DNA of 64,000 nucleotides from an uncultured Candidatus Rokubacteria bacterium (lineage in GTDB: Bacteria > Methylomirabilota > Methylomirabilia > Rokubacteriales > DASRDR01). The stretch lies in contig CAWDVE010000010.1 of the NCBI GenBank assembly GCA_963805625.1, positions 1,152,001 through 1,216,000 on the forward strand, written 5' to 3'. The position numbers were made by a program, and so were the translations under genes. Shown piece after piece: positions 22,357 to 32,527 of this stretch. Each line of letters starts with the position of its first letter. Within the stretch, counting starts at the first letter, position 1. The notes beneath the pieces were generated by a model. The model had not been told where the DNA came from. It searched no databases and was given only the letters and a program-made list of their open reading frames with translations.

Positions 22357-24246
22357 ATGATAGATACGAGCCGAGTCGACGCGGCGCTCCGGCGCTCGCA
22401 GGACCATCTCCTGCGGCTTCAGTCCCCGGCCGGGGACTGGGTCGGGGAGCTGGAGGCCGACTCCACCATCACGTCCGAGTACGTCCTCCTCCGCCATCTC
22501 CTCGGGACCGTGGATCGGGACCTCGAGCAAAAGGCGCTCGCGTACCTCAGGGACCGGCAGGGCACGGACGGCTCGTGGAACCTCTACCAGGCCGGGGCCG
22601 GCGACCTCTCGGCGACCATCAAGGCGTACTTCGCCATGAAGATGGCCCAGGTCTCCCCGGCCGATCCCGCGATGGCTCGCGCCCGGCAGTGGATCCTGGA
22701 GCGGGGCGGGCCGACCCAGGCCAACGTCTTCGCGAAGATCACCCTGGCCCTGTTCGGCCAGTACCCCTGGGGCGGCGTGCCGGCGATGCCGGTCGAGATC
22801 ATGCTGTTGCCCCGGTGGTCCTACTTCAACATCTGGGAGATCTCCTACTGGTCGAGGACGGTCCTCATCCCCCTCCTGATCGTCATGGACCGGCGGCCGG
22901 TGCACCCCGTTCCGCGCGGCTCTGGCATCGACGAGCTATGGGCGCATCACCTCCACCTCGACGACCCGGCGTATGCGCGCCGCGGGCTCGTGTCGTGGAA
23001 GAACATCTTCATCGGCGTCGACGGCTTCCTCAAGACGTGGGAGGCCTTCGGGCCTCGCCCCTGGCGGGCCCGGGCGATCCGTACCGCCCACGACTGGCTG
23101 GTCCCTCGGATGACCGTGCCGGGCGGCCTGGGTGGCATCTATCCCGCCATGGTGAACGGGATCCTGGCGATGCGACTCCTGGGCTATCCGGATGATCACA
23201 GACTGATCACGGGGCAGCTCAAGGAGATCGAGGCGCTCGGCGTCGAGGAGGCGCGTCGGTTTCACGTGCAGCCGTGCGTGTCGCCCGTCTGGGACACCGC
23301 GCTCGCGGTCAACGCCCTGCTGGCGTCGGGGCTGCCGAGTTCGCACCCGGCCCTCCTTCGCGCCGCGGACTGGCTCCTGGACCGCCAAGTGCTCGAGACG
23401 GGGGACTGGCAGGTCAAGCGCCCGGAGCTCCCGCCCGGTGGCTGGGCCTTCCAGTTCGACAACCCCTTCTACCCGGATCTCGACGACACCGCGGTGGTCG
23501 CCATGGGCCTGGCCCAGATCGACCACCCGGACGACGGCCGGCGGCGCCTTGCCATCGACCGCGCCGTGCGGTGGCTCCGGGGCATGCAGGGCAAGGACGG
23601 CGGCTGGGCGTCGTTCGACACGGATCAGACACGGCTGCTCTTCAACAACATCCCGTTCGCCGATCACGGGGCGCTCCTAGACCCGGCCACGGAAGATCTC
23701 ACCGCGCGCTGCATCGAGTGCTTCGGGCGGCTGGGCGTCCCGCGTGACGATCCGGCGATCCAGCGGGGCCTCGCGTTCCTCCGCCGAACCCAGACGCCCG
23801 AGGGCGCGTGGCACGGGCGATGGGGCGTGAACTACCTCTACGGGACGTGGTCGGTCCTCCGGGGACTCGAGGCGATAGGGCTCCGTACCGACGATCCCAT
23901 GGTCGGGCGTGCGATCCGATGGCTCGAGGCTCGCCAGAACTCGGATGGCGGCTGGGGCGAGACCTGTGATTCCTACGCCGACGCCCACCTCAAGGGACGC
24001 GGCGTATCGGGACCGAGCCAGACGGCGTGGGCCCTCCTCGGCCTGATGGCAGCGGGCCAGGCGGCCACCCCGATGGTCGAGCGCGGGATCGAGTTCCTCC
24101 TGCGGAGCCAGCGAGCCGATGGCGGCTGGGACGACCCGCTCTGGAACGGAACGGGTTTTCCTCGGGTCTTCTACCTGCAGTACCACCTCTATGCCCACTA
24201 CTTCCCCCTGTGGGCGCTCGGAGCGTGGCGCCGGCTCACGCGGTAG
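22357..24246 (+). CDS. shc: Squalene-hopene cyclase
   Basis: DLDDTA catalytic motif, QW repeats (Q..DGGWG), GTGFPRVFYL. Confidence 0.97.
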   Translation: MIDTSRVDAALRRSQDHLLRLQSPAGDWVGELEADSTITSEYVLLRHLLGTVDRDLEQKALAYLRDRQGTDGSWNLYQAGAGDLSATIKAYFAMKMAQVSPADPAMARARQWILERGGPTQANVFAKITLALFGQYPWGGVPAMPVEIMLLPRWSYFNIWEISYWSRTVLIPLLIVMDRRPVHPVPRGSGIDELWAHHLHLDDPAYARRGLVSWKNIFIGVDGFLKTWEAFGPRPWRARAIRTAHDWLVPRMTVPGGLGGIYPAMVNGILAMRLLGYPDDHRLITGQLKEIEALGVEEARRFHVQPCVSPVWDTALAVNALLASGLPSSHPALLRAADWLLDRQVLETGDWQVKRPELPPGGWAFQFDNPFYPDLDDTAVVAMGLAQIDHPDDGRRRLAIDRAVRWLRGMQGKDGGWASFDTDQTRLLFNNIPFADHGALLDPATEDLTARCIECFGRLGVPRDDPAIQRGLAFLRRTQTPEGAWHGRWGVNYLYGTWSVLRGLEAIGLRTDDPMVGRAIRWLEARQNSDGGWGETCDSYADAHLKGRGVSGPSQTAWALLGLMAAGQAATPMVERGIEFLLRSQRADGGWDDPLWNGTGFPRVFYLQYHLYAHYFPLWALGAWRRLTR

Positions 24247-24287
24247 AGCACGGCGAGAGCCAGCCACAGACCCCGTTCACCCCCCGA

Positions 24288-25073
24288 ATGCCCGGTTCCC
24301 TCGGCCTCGACTCCATCCAGGGTCTCGGGCGGTTCGGCCTCGATACCCTCTCGGCCCTCGGGCGCTTCGGCGTCTTCCTGGGCGAGGCGCTGCGCTGGGC
24401 CGTGGTCCCGCCGTTCAAGGCCCGCCAGGCGCTCCAGCGGGTCTGGTTCGTGGGCTTCCGCTCGATGTCCGTGATCCTCCTGACCGGGGCGTTCACCGGA
24501 ATGGTCCTCGGGCTCCAGGGCATGCTGATGCTGCAGCGGGTCGGCTCGGAGGCCTTCGTGGGCCCGCTGGTGGCGATCGCGCTCGTGCGTGAGCTCGGCC
24601 CGGTGCTCGCCGCGCTGATGGTGACCGGCCGCGCGGGATCGGCCCTCGCCGCCGAGATCGGCGTCATGCGCATCACCGAGCAGATCGACGCCCTGACCGT
24701 GATGGCGCTTAACCCGATGCGATACTTGGTCGTGCCGACGCTGGTGGCGGGGCTCGTCGCCCTTCCCCTCCTCGCCTGGGTATTCGACGTCGTCGGCATC
24801 TACGGCGGTTATCTCGTGACGGTGAAGCTCTTCGGGATGTCCTCCGGAACCTACTTTGGGCAGATCCGGGCCTTCCTCGACACCGAGGACATCTGGGTCG
24901 GCTTCTGGAAGGCGCTCGTGTTCGGGCTCGTCATCACGTGGGTCGCCTGCTACAAGGGCTTCAACGTCGGCCACGGCGCCGAGGGCGTGGGGCGCGCCAC
25001 GACCGAGGCGGTCGTGCTCGCGTCGGTCCTCATCCTCGTGCTCGACTACCTCCTGGGCTCGGTGATGCCGTGA
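24288..25073 (+). CDS. mlaE: MlaE-family ABC permease
   Basis: RELGPVLAALMV.GRAGS..AAE.G.M...EQIDAL. Confidence 0.9.
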   Translation: MPGSLGLDSIQGLGRFGLDTLSALGRFGVFLGEALRWAVVPPFKARQALQRVWFVGFRSMSVILLTGAFTGMVLGLQGMLMLQRVGSEAFVGPLVAIALVRELGPVLAALMVTGRAGSALAAEIGVMRITEQIDALTVMALNPMRYLVVPTLVAGLVALPLLAWVFDVVGIYGGYLVTVKLFGMSSGTYFGQIRAFLDTEDIWVGFWKALVFGLVITWVACYKGFNVGHGAEGVGRATTEAVVLASVLILVLDYLLGSVMP

Positions 25074-25831
25074 CGGGTGCGCCAGCCCCCGCGATCCGGG
25101 TCGAGGCGCTCCGCAAGCGCTTCGGAAGCCAGGAGGTTCTCTGCGGGATCGACCTCGAGATCGCGCCGGCCGAGCTGATGGTCGTCATCGGGCGGTCCGG
25201 GGGCGGCAAGTCCGTGCTCCTCCGGCACCTCCTCGGACTGGTCCGGCCGGATGCCGGGCGCGTGATCATCGACGGCCAGGACGTGGCCAGCCTCCGCGGG
25301 CAGGCCCTCGACCGGATCCGGGAGCGCTTCGGGGTCGTGTTCCAGGGCGGCGCCCTCTTCGACTCGCTCACCGTGCTCGAGAACATCCTGTTCCCGATCC
25401 GGGAGCGCCGCCGGCTCCCCGAGGCCGATCTCCTGCCACGGGCCCAGGAAGCCCTGGCCCAGGTCGGCCTCGGGGAGATGGGCCACAAGTACCCGGCCGA
25501 GATCTCCGGAGGCATGCGGAAGCGCGTCGCCATCGCGCGGGCGCTGGTCACCGAGCCCCAGGTGGTGTTCTTCGACGAGCCGACGACCGGGCTCGACCCC
25601 ATCCTCGTCAACTCGATCCACCACCTGGTCGTCGGGCTTCATCGAAAGTTTGGCTTCACGGCCGTCATGGTCAGTCACGAGATCCCGGAGATCTTCCAGA
25701 TCGCCCACCGTGTCGCGGTGCTCCACGAAGGGCGGATCCACACGGTTGGCACGCCGGAGGAGATCCAGGGCTCCAGCGACCCTGTGGTGCGTCGGTTCAT
25801 CCACGGCGAGGTCGAGGAGCAAGCCGTCTAG
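25070..25831 (+). CDS. mlaF: MlaF-family ABC ATPase
   Basis: GRSGGGKS, ISGGMRKRV, FFDEPTTGLDP. Confidence 0.9.
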   Translation: MTGAPAPAIRVEALRKRFGSQEVLCGIDLEIAPAELMVVIGRSGGGKSVLLRHLLGLVRPDAGRVIIDGQDVASLRGQALDRIRERFGVVFQGGALFDSLTVLENILFPIRERRRLPEADLLPRAQEALAQVGLGEMGHKYPAEISGGMRKRVAIARALVTEPQVVFFDEPTTGLDPILVNSIHHLVVGLHRKFGFTAVMVSHEIPEIFQIAHRVAVLHEGRIHTVGTPEEIQGSSDPVVRRFIHGEVEEQAV

Positions 25832-25883
25832 CTGCCATCCAGCTGGTCAAAGCGGAAGCGCGAGAAAGGGCACGGAGGCGGTC

Positions 25884-26321
25884 ATGGGGCGACGAGTGGA
25901 GCTCGGAGTCGGGCTGTTCATGGTCGCGGGAATCCTCGCGCTGGCGTACCTGTCCATGAACCTGGGCAGGGTCGACGTCCTGGGGCGTCAGGGCTACGTC
26001 GTCTACGCGGACTTCCCTACCGTGGGCGGGCTCAAGTCCGGAGCGGCCGTGGAGATCGCCGGCGTCTCGGTCGGCCGGGTGCAGTCGATCGGGCTCAAGG
26101 AGTACCAGGCACGGGTCGCCCTCCGGATCGACGAGGCCGTGAAGCTCCAGACCGACGCGATCGTCTCGATCAAGACGAAGGGTCTCATCGGCGAGAAGTT
26201 CATCCAGATCAGCCCGGGAGGCTCAGAGAAGCTCGTGCCGGCCGGCGGGCGCCTCACCGAGGTCGAAGCGCCGATCGACATCGAGGAGTTGATCTCGAAG
26301 TATGTATTCGGCAAGGTGTAG
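25884..26321 (+). CDS. mlaD: MlaD (MCE domain) protein
   Basis: N-terminal TM, GGLKSGA.V.IAGV.VGRV, GLIGEKFI.I.PGG. Confidence 0.9.
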   Translation: MGRRVELGVGLFMVAGILALAYLSMNLGRVDVLGRQGYVVYADFPTVGGLKSGAAVEIAGVSVGRVQSIGLKEYQARVALRIDEAVKLQTDAIVSIKTKGLIGEKFIQISPGGSEKLVPAGGRLTEVEAPIDIEELISKYVFGKV

Positions 26322-26325
26322 GCTC

Positions 26326-27783
26326 ATGCGCTGGCACCGTCCCCCCAGTTCCGGCGCCCTGGCAGCGAGGTCCGGCACAGGCGTCCCCGTCCGGGTGCTG
26401 CCCGTGGCTCTGGTCTTGATGCTGGGCGCGACATTCACCCCCGGGTGGGCCGGGGCTCAGGGCACCACGCCCGTGCCGGGACCGCCGGCCGTCCGGCTGA
26501 CGCTGGACGCGAGCCTCCGGGCAGCGCTCGGGCGGAGCCCCGAGACCCGGCAGGCCATCGCAGAGCTCGAGGGCTTTCGAGGCAAGCAGCTCCAGGCCGT
26601 CGGGATCGGCCGCCCGCAGATCGAGATCCAGACCGTAGTCGGCCCGTCGCCCCGGGCCCGCGGGAACCAGGTCTCCTCCCCTGACGACCAGTACTCCCCG
26701 GACATCACGGGCGCGTTCGTGCGGGGCACGGTCAGCATCATCCAGCCCATCTTCACGTGGGGTCTCGTCGAGAACGCGCGCATGGCCGCCGACCACGGCG
26801 TCCGAGCGGCACAGGCTGGCGTCGATGTCAAGAGCACCGAGGTCGCGCTCCGCGTGAAGCAGGCGTACTGGGGGGCCGTGACGGCCAAGACGATCCGCGC
26901 GTTCCTGGTCGAGGTACGCGATCAGGTCGACCAGGCGATCGCGCGGACCGAGCGGCTGGTGGAGGGCGGATACGCGACCGACATCGACCTCTACCGGTTT
27001 CGCTCCAAGCGCGGTGAGCTCGAGCGTTTCATCAACCTCGCGGACAAGACGATAGACCTCGCCACCCAGGCCCTGGGAACGTGGACGGGCCAGCCCAAGG
27101 GGGTGGCCGTCGACCCGACGGATGAGGCCCTGCCGACGGACATGAAGCCCATCCCGGCGCTGGACCTGTACGTTCAGAACGCGCTCGTCGGGCGCCCCGA
27201 GTTCTCCCAGCTCCGGGAAGGCATCGAGGCGCGCCGGAGACTGGTCGAGGTCGAGCGCAAGCAGGGCTATCCGCTCTTCTTCATCGGCCTCCTGGGTGAT
27301 CTCGCGTACGCGACCAACCGTGACCGGCTCGAGAACCCCTACGTCATCGACCCCCTCTACCACACCGCGGTGGGGCCGGTCATCGGCTTCAAGTACAACC
27401 TCGACTTCGGGATCCGCGCCGGCAAGGTCAAGGAAGCCGAGGCGGAGGTCCAGAAGCTCGAGGCCTTGCGGGACCACGCCCTCGACGGAATCCCGCTCCA
27501 GGTTCGCGACGCGTACACCACGGTGGTGGAAGCCGAGCGGAACGCCAGGGTCCTGTCGGAGGCGCACGACAACGCCAAGCAGTGGCTCGTCGCGAGCTCT
27601 TCGAATGCGGACCTGGGAGTCGGGGATCCGGACGACCTGGCCGACGCCTTCGTGCAGTATGCCCGGACTCGAGCCGACTACCTCCAGGCGCTCTACGCCT
27701 ATGTCTTCGGCCTCGAGCAGCTCGCCCACGCCGCGGGCCAGGACGTCGCCGACGTGCAGCGGCTGGCTCCGTCAAAGCCGTGA
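26326..27783 (+). CDS. TolC-family outer-membrane efflux protein
   Basis: Signal peptide, LTL...L..AL..SP, QPIFTWG and duplicated helical OEP repeats. Confidence 0.8.
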   Translation: MRWHRPPSSGALAARSGTGVPVRVLPVALVLMLGATFTPGWAGAQGTTPVPGPPAVRLTLDASLRAALGRSPETRQAIAELEGFRGKQLQAVGIGRPQIEIQTVVGPSPRARGNQVSSPDDQYSPDITGAFVRGTVSIIQPIFTWGLVENARMAADHGVRAAQAGVDVKSTEVALRVKQAYWGAVTAKTIRAFLVEVRDQVDQAIARTERLVEGGYATDIDLYRFRSKRGELERFINLADKTIDLATQALGTWTGQPKGVAVDPTDEALPTDMKPIPALDLYVQNALVGRPEFSQLREGIEARRRLVEVERKQGYPLFFIGLLGDLAYATNRDRLENPYVIDPLYHTAVGPVIGFKYNLDFGIRAGKVKEAEAEVQKLEALRDHALDGIPLQVRDAYTTVVEAERNARVLSEAHDNAKQWLVASSSNADLGVGDPDDLADAFVQYARTRADYLQALYAYVFGLEQLAHAAGQDVADVQRLAPSKP

Positions 27784-27809
27784 GAGACTCCATCCGGAGG
27801 ACTGAACGC

Positions 27810-28445
27810 ATGCGACGGCTCGCCGTCTCGCTGTTCATCGTGGTGCTGGCCCTGCTGGCCGGGCGCGCCGCCCAGGCTGGACCGCCGACCGACCAGCTCA
27901 AGGGGGGCATCGACCGGGTGTTGGCCATCCTCCAGGACCCCGCCCTCAAGCAGCCCGGCAAGGCCGAGGAGCGTCGTCAGAAGATCCGCGCCATCGCCAA
28001 CGAAGTCTTCGACTGGACCGAGACGGGCAAGCGTGCGCTCGCCCGACACTGGCAGGGCCGGTCGCCGCAGGAGCGCGAGGAGTTCTCGAAGCTCTTCGCC
28101 GATCTTCTCGAGCGCTCGTACGTGGGCAAGATCGAGGCCTACTCCGGCGAGAAGATCCTTTACGGCGACGAGACGCTCGACGGGGACCAGGCCACGGTCC
28201 GGACGAAGCTCCTGACCAAGAACGGGAACCAGATTCCGATCGACTATCAGATGCACAAGGTGGACGAGCGCTGGCGCATCTACGACGTGAAGATCGAGAA
28301 CGTGGGCTTGGTCTCCAACTACCGCTCCCAGTTCAACCGCATCATCCAGCAGTCCAGCTATCCGGATCTCGTCCAGCGGCTCAAGACGAAGCAGGAAGAG
28401 CTTCAGTTCGACGAGGACGCCGCGGCGAAGGGCAAGAAGCCGTGA
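27810..28445 (+). CDS. MlaC/Ttg2D/HpnM-family periplasmic lipid shuttle
   Basis: Signal peptide, WRIYDV.IE.VGLVSNYRSQF motif; GGAGG RBS. Confidence 0.85.
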   Translation: MRRLAVSLFIVVLALLAGRAAQAGPPTDQLKGGIDRVLAILQDPALKQPGKAEERRQKIRAIANEVFDWTETGKRALARHWQGRSPQEREEFSKLFADLLERSYVGKIEAYSGEKILYGDETLDGDQATVRTKLLTKNGNQIPIDYQMHKVDERWRIYDVKIENVGLVSNYRSQFNRIIQQSSYPDLVQRLKTKQEELQFDEDAAAKGKKP

Positions 28446-29194
28446 CGGGCCTCGTCCTGGCCGCGGGCCTCGGCAAGCGCCTGGCTCCCCTCACCGAGGA
28501 GCGGCCGAAGGGCCTGATCGAGCTCGGAGGGCGGAGCCTCCTGGCGCGCCTCCTCGACGGCCTCCAGGTCGCGGGGGTACACGAGACCGTCCTCGTCGTC
28601 GGCTACCGCCAGGCGATGATCCGGGCCGCCCTCGGCACCTCCCACCGGGGCATGCCGCTCCGCTACGTCGTCAACCGCGATTTCGAGAAGGGCCCGCGGC
28701 TGTCGCTCTGGGCGGGCCGCGCGGAGTTCGAGCGGGACGACGTGGTCCTGGCCGACGGCGACGTGCTCTTCGCGCCGCCCCTGCTCGAGCGCGTCGTCCG
28801 CGCCGCCGAGCCGAACGTGTTCCTGGGCGAGCCCGAGTTCATGGACACCGGCGAGGAGATCAACCTCTACCAAGCCGGCGAGCGGGTCGTGGCGATCCGC
28901 CGGGGTGTGAGCGGGCCGCCGGCCGTCCCCTACGACGCCAGGGCCGAGTGGGTCGGCTTCGTGAAAGTGTGTCGTGTCGCGGGGTCCGCCCTCGCAGCCG
29001 GACTCGACGCCATGGTCCGGGGGGGCCGTGTCGACGGCGACTACGAGGTGGCCCTCGACGGCCTCCTGGCCGGGTACCCGTTCGCGATGTGCCCGACGGC
29101 TGGCCTCCCCTGGATCGAGATCGACTTCCCGCAGGACCTCCACGCAGCGGAGGTCGAGGTGCTGCCCCGGATCGCCCGGCTGGCCACGGAGTGA
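28442..29194 (+). CDS. LicC/PntC-like nucleotidyl (cytidylyl)transferase
   Basis: LAAGLGKRL...PK.L, DGDV, EWVG, WIEIDFPQDL. Confidence 0.8.
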   Translation: MTGLVLAAGLGKRLAPLTEERPKGLIELGGRSLLARLLDGLQVAGVHETVLVVGYRQAMIRAALGTSHRGMPLRYVVNRDFEKGPRLSLWAGRAEFERDDVVLADGDVLFAPPLLERVVRAAEPNVFLGEPEFMDTGEEINLYQAGERVVAIRRGVSGPPAVPYDARAEWVGFVKVCRVAGSALAAGLDAMVRGGRVDGDYEVALDGLLAGYPFAMCPTAGLPWIEIDFPQDLHAAEVEVLPRIARLATE

Positions 29195-29211
29195 GATGCC
29201 GAGAATCTCGG

Positions 29212-29697
29212 TCAGGGCGCCGCGCGCACGAGGTCTCTGGCCAGGTCGTCGGCTAGACGCCCGATCCGTCGAAGGCCCTCGTCGTCGAAGCTCCGACCGG
29301 GTCCGTCCAGGAAGCCCAGCGCGCCGCGGATCGCGCCGTCAAGGCGGACTGGCACTGCCGCCACCGTCCTGAGCCCCTCCTCCTCGAGGCGCTCGCGGAG
29401 CCACGGCGCGACGGGAACGCGAGGATCGGCGAGCAGGTCCGGCGTCCACACCGGCCGACCTTCCCTCACCGCGCGCCCCGCCATCCCGACGCCGGCGGCC
29501 AGCGTCTGCCCGACCCACCCGCCCGCCCCGCCAGCACCCGCCGTGGTGACGCAGGAGAGCTGACCCAGGGCGTCGTCGAGCCAAAAGAGCGCGGTCCGCT
29601 TCACGCCGAGCTGCGCGCGCGCCGCTGCGAGGGCGCCCTGGGCCGCCGCGGACACCGGACCGGACCCGAACGCCGACGCGGGCAGCGAGTCCATCAC
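29212..29697 (-). CDS. Stand-alone GAF-domain protein
   Basis: G.GMAGRAV....PV..PD..ADPR, AVPV......RGAL......R.FD. Confidence 0.7.
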   Translation of the reverse strand: MMDSLPASAFGSGPVSAAAQGALAAARAQLGVKRTALFWLDDALGQLSCVTTAGAGGAGGWVGQTLAAGVGMAGRAVREGRPVWTPDLLADPRVPVAPWLRERLEEEGLRTVAAVPVRLDGAIRGALGFLDGPGRSFDDEGLRRIGRLADDLARDLVRAAP

Positions 29698-29701
29698 CCG
29701 C

Positions 29702-30091
29702 TCACTCGACGGCGATCGCGTCGATCTCGACCAGCATGTCCGGATGGATCATCGTGCCGCACTCGACCCAGGTGCAGGCCGGCCGGACATCGCCGAACGC
29801 CTCGCGGTGCGCGCGAGCCACGGCCTCCCACTGGGCCATGTCGGCGAGGTAGACCCCCGTCTTGACGACGTGACCGAGACCGAGCCCGAGCTGCGCGAGC
29901 GCCTCCGACATCGTGCGGATCGCCTGGACGGTCTGGGCGTACGCGTCTCCCCGGCCTACCACCGCGCCGCCCTGCCCCGCCGCCGTGCAGCCCGACACCC
30001 AGGCCATGTCGCCGACCCGGACGGCCCGCGAGTAGCCGACGAGCGGCTCCCAGCGTCCACCGGACGAGACCCGCTCACGCGGGCGCATCAC
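29702..30091 (-). CDS. RidA/YjgF family protein
   Basis: VGYSRAVRVG..VSG, RPA, LVEIDA. Confidence 0.85.
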   Translation of the reverse strand: MMRPRERVSSGGRWEPLVGYSRAVRVGDMAWVSGCTAAGQGGAVVGRGDAYAQTVQAIRTMSEALAQLGLGLGHVVKTGVYLADMAQWEAVARAHREAFGDVRPACTWVECGTMIHPDMLVEIDAIAVE

Positions 30092-31116
30092 GGCCCGCCG
30101 TTGCGGGCGCCCCGCTGGAAGTGCGGCATCACGCGATCGGCGAAGAGCCGCATCGAGCGCATGATCTGCTCGTGGCTCAGGTACCCGGCGAACTGGGTGA
30201 CGTTCAGGAAGTCCGTCACCTCGAAGTAGTCGATCAGCTCGCGGAGCCGCTTGACCGCGTCCTCCGGCCTCCCCGAGAGCCGCGCCAGCGTCGGGATCCG
30301 ATCATAGAGGGTGTGCTGGTGCTTCTCGGCGTCGGCCGTGATGCTGTCGAGGAAGCCGAAGTACCTCTCCATGCCGCGCTCGAACGTCTCGTTGGCCTCG
30401 GCCGCGCTCTCGGCAAGATAGCAGAACATGGTCAAGGCGACACGCATCCGGGCGGGGTCGTGGCCGTGCTCTCGGTACACGCGCCGGTAGGTGTCGATCT
30501 GGGCCCGGAGCACTTCCGGCTTCTGGTTCGCGGGGAAGGTCAGGATGGGCCACCCCAGTGCCCCGTACCGGGCGAAGGACGCCTCGCTGATCGAGGCCCC
30601 CCAGCAGGGAATCGGATTCTGGACCGGTTTCGGGTAGATGCTGGCGTGGCGCCCCCGGAACAGTGGGGTCGCGTAGTCCAGGTCGTGGAGCTGGGCGAGG
30701 GCCTGACGGACCACGCTGAGCGACTGGTCGAAGCGGTCCTGGCTCTCCTCGAGCCTGACCCCGAAGCCCATGAACTCGTGGGGCTGGTAGCCTCGCCCGA
30801 GTCCGAGCTCGAGCCGCCCGCCGCTCAGGCAATCCACCATCGCCGCCTGTTCCACGACCCGGATCGGGTGGTGCTGAAACGGAAGGACGACCACGCCGCT
30901 GCCGAGGCGGATTCTCCGCGTCTCGCGGGCGGCCGCCGCGGCCATGAGCAGGCAATCCGGCACCAGTGCGTACCCGGCGAAGTGATGCTCGGCGAACCAG
31001 CACGCCCAGTAACCCAGCTGGTCCATGAGGCGCACCTCGGCCAGCTGCTGCTCGTACCGCTCCTGACTCGACTGGCCCTCTCGCCGGTCGCAGAGGACGA
31101 GTTGTGAAAAGCGCAT
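30088..31116 (-). CDS. LLM-class flavin-dependent oxidoreductase
   Basis: WFAEHHF, LSGGRLELGLGRG, PKPVQ. Confidence 0.88.
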   Translation of the reverse strand: MRFSQLVLCDRREGQSSQERYEQQLAEVRLMDQLGYWACWFAEHHFAGYALVPDCLLMAAAAARETRRIRLGSGVVVLPFQHHPIRVVEQAAMVDCLSGGRLELGLGRGYQPHEFMGFGVRLEESQDRFDQSLSVVRQALAQLHDLDYATPLFRGRHASIYPKPVQNPIPCWGASISEASFARYGALGWPILTFPANQKPEVLRAQIDTYRRVYREHGHDPARMRVALTMFCYLAESAAEANETFERGMERYFGFLDSITADAEKHQHTLYDRIPTLARLSGRPEDAVKRLRELIDYFEVTDFLNVTQFAGYLSHEQIMRSMRLFADRVMPHFQRGARNGGP

Positions 31117-31228
31117 CGTCCGGCTTCCTCCACATCGCGACGGCCCGTCTGGCACTTGTTGGCGGCCGGATGGCCGGCGAGAGCCGTCCCCCGCGTGCCG
31201 ATCGTGACCGCAGGTCGCGACGGCCGTG

Positions 31229-31258
31229 ACTGTAGCGACGGCCGTTCGCCGCTGTCAA
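31229..31258 (-). promoter_or_regulatory. sigma70-like promoter for the LLM-ridA-GAF operon
   Basis: TTGACA-N18-TACAGT on the minus strand. Confidence 0.5.
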
Positions 31259-31352
31259 GCGACCGGCACGCCGCCGCGCCGTCTCTCATGCCGCATGCCG
31301 CACGTCAGCCGTGTGCCGGTCGTGTACCGGCCATGTGCCGCCACATGGCGGA

Positions 31353-31381
31353 TTGACGGACCGGACGCGCCGGGCTAGCGT
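31353..31381 (+). promoter_or_regulatory. sigma70-like promoter for the plus-strand LLM gene
   Basis: TTGACG-N17-TAGCGT. Confidence 0.45.
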
Positions 31382-31437
31382 TCCTGGGTGACGAACGAGC
31401 AAGCCCGCGACGACGCGAAGACCCGGAAGGCTCGGCC

Positions 31438-32502
31438 ATGAAGTTCGGCCTCATCGCGCAGATGCAGGCGCCGAAGCCGTGGCCCGAGGGCGAGAACGTC
31501 GACCATCGGATTCACTGGGACACGCTCGCCGAGGCGGTACTGGCCGAGGAGGCCGGCTTCGACTACTACTGGGCGACCGAGCATCACTTCTACGAGGAGA
31601 TCGCCCACAGCTCGGCGCCCGAGGTGTTCCTGGCGGCGCTGGCGGCCCGCACCTCCCGCATCCGCCTGGGGCACGGGGTGGTCGTGCTGCCGTGCAACCA
31701 TCCGGTTCGGGTCGCGGAGCGGGCGGCCACGCTCGACATTCTGTCCAACGGACGCGTCGACCTCGGCACGGGCCGGGGAGCGTCCTGGTACCACACCGAG
31801 GCATTCGGCGTCTCGATCGAGGAGTCGCGGGAGGTCTGGGACGAGGCTCTCCGGGTGATCTGCGGTCTCTTCGTCAACGACACCTTCCCGGGGCACAAGG
31901 GGCGTCACTACGAGGTCCCCGAGCGCAAGCTCGTGCCCAAGCCCGTCCAGCGGCCGCATCCCCCGCTCTGGGTGGCGGCGACGAGCCAGGCGACCTTCAC
32001 GAGCGCGGCGCGCGCGGGGCTGGGCGTCCTCGGGTTCACTGCCGTGCCGCCCGAGGAGCTGGCGCCGGCGGTGTCGGCGTACCGCGCGGCCCAGGCGGCG
32101 GCCGATCCGGCGGAGTTCTTCGGCGCCGCGCCCAACTTCCAGGTGGCCGCGTTTATGACGGCGCACTGCGACACGGACGACCGTCGCGGACGTGCCATGG
32201 CCGGCGCGGCCGCGCGGTGGTATCTCGGGGACAACGAGGCGCCCTTGAACCGCGTGCGGTTCGGGCCCGACTTCGACCGCGCCCGCTTCGCCAAGTACAC
32301 GGACGACGCGCTCGTTCGCGACCGCATGGTCGTCGGGGGCGATCCGGACACGTGCTCTCGCGTCATCGAGGGCTGGGCGAACGTCGGCGTCGATCAGCTC
32401 ATCCTCATGGTGCAGGCCGGCGTGACGCCCCACGACGAGGTGATGCGCGCCATCGAGCTCCTCGGCACCAAGGTCCTCCCGCGCTTCCAGGACGCGCCCT
32501 GA
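31438..32502 (+). CDS. LLM-class flavin-dependent oxidoreductase
   Basis: EHHF, SSAPE, LDILSNGRVDLGTGRG, PKPVQRPHPPLW. Confidence 0.88.
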   Translation: MKFGLIAQMQAPKPWPEGENVDHRIHWDTLAEAVLAEEAGFDYYWATEHHFYEEIAHSSAPEVFLAALAARTSRIRLGHGVVVLPCNHPVRVAERAATLDILSNGRVDLGTGRGASWYHTEAFGVSIEESREVWDEALRVICGLFVNDTFPGHKGRHYEVPERKLVPKPVQRPHPPLWVAATSQATFTSAARAGLGVLGFTAVPPEELAPAVSAYRAAQAAADPAEFFGAAPNFQVAAFMTAHCDTDDRRGRAMAGAAARWYLGDNEAPLNRVRFGPDFDRARFAKYTDDALVRDRMVVGGDPDTCSRVIEGWANVGVDQLILMVQAGVTPHDEVMRAIELLGTKVLPRFQDAP

Positions 32503-32527
32503 CGCCGCGGACGCCGGCCCGGGGAGC

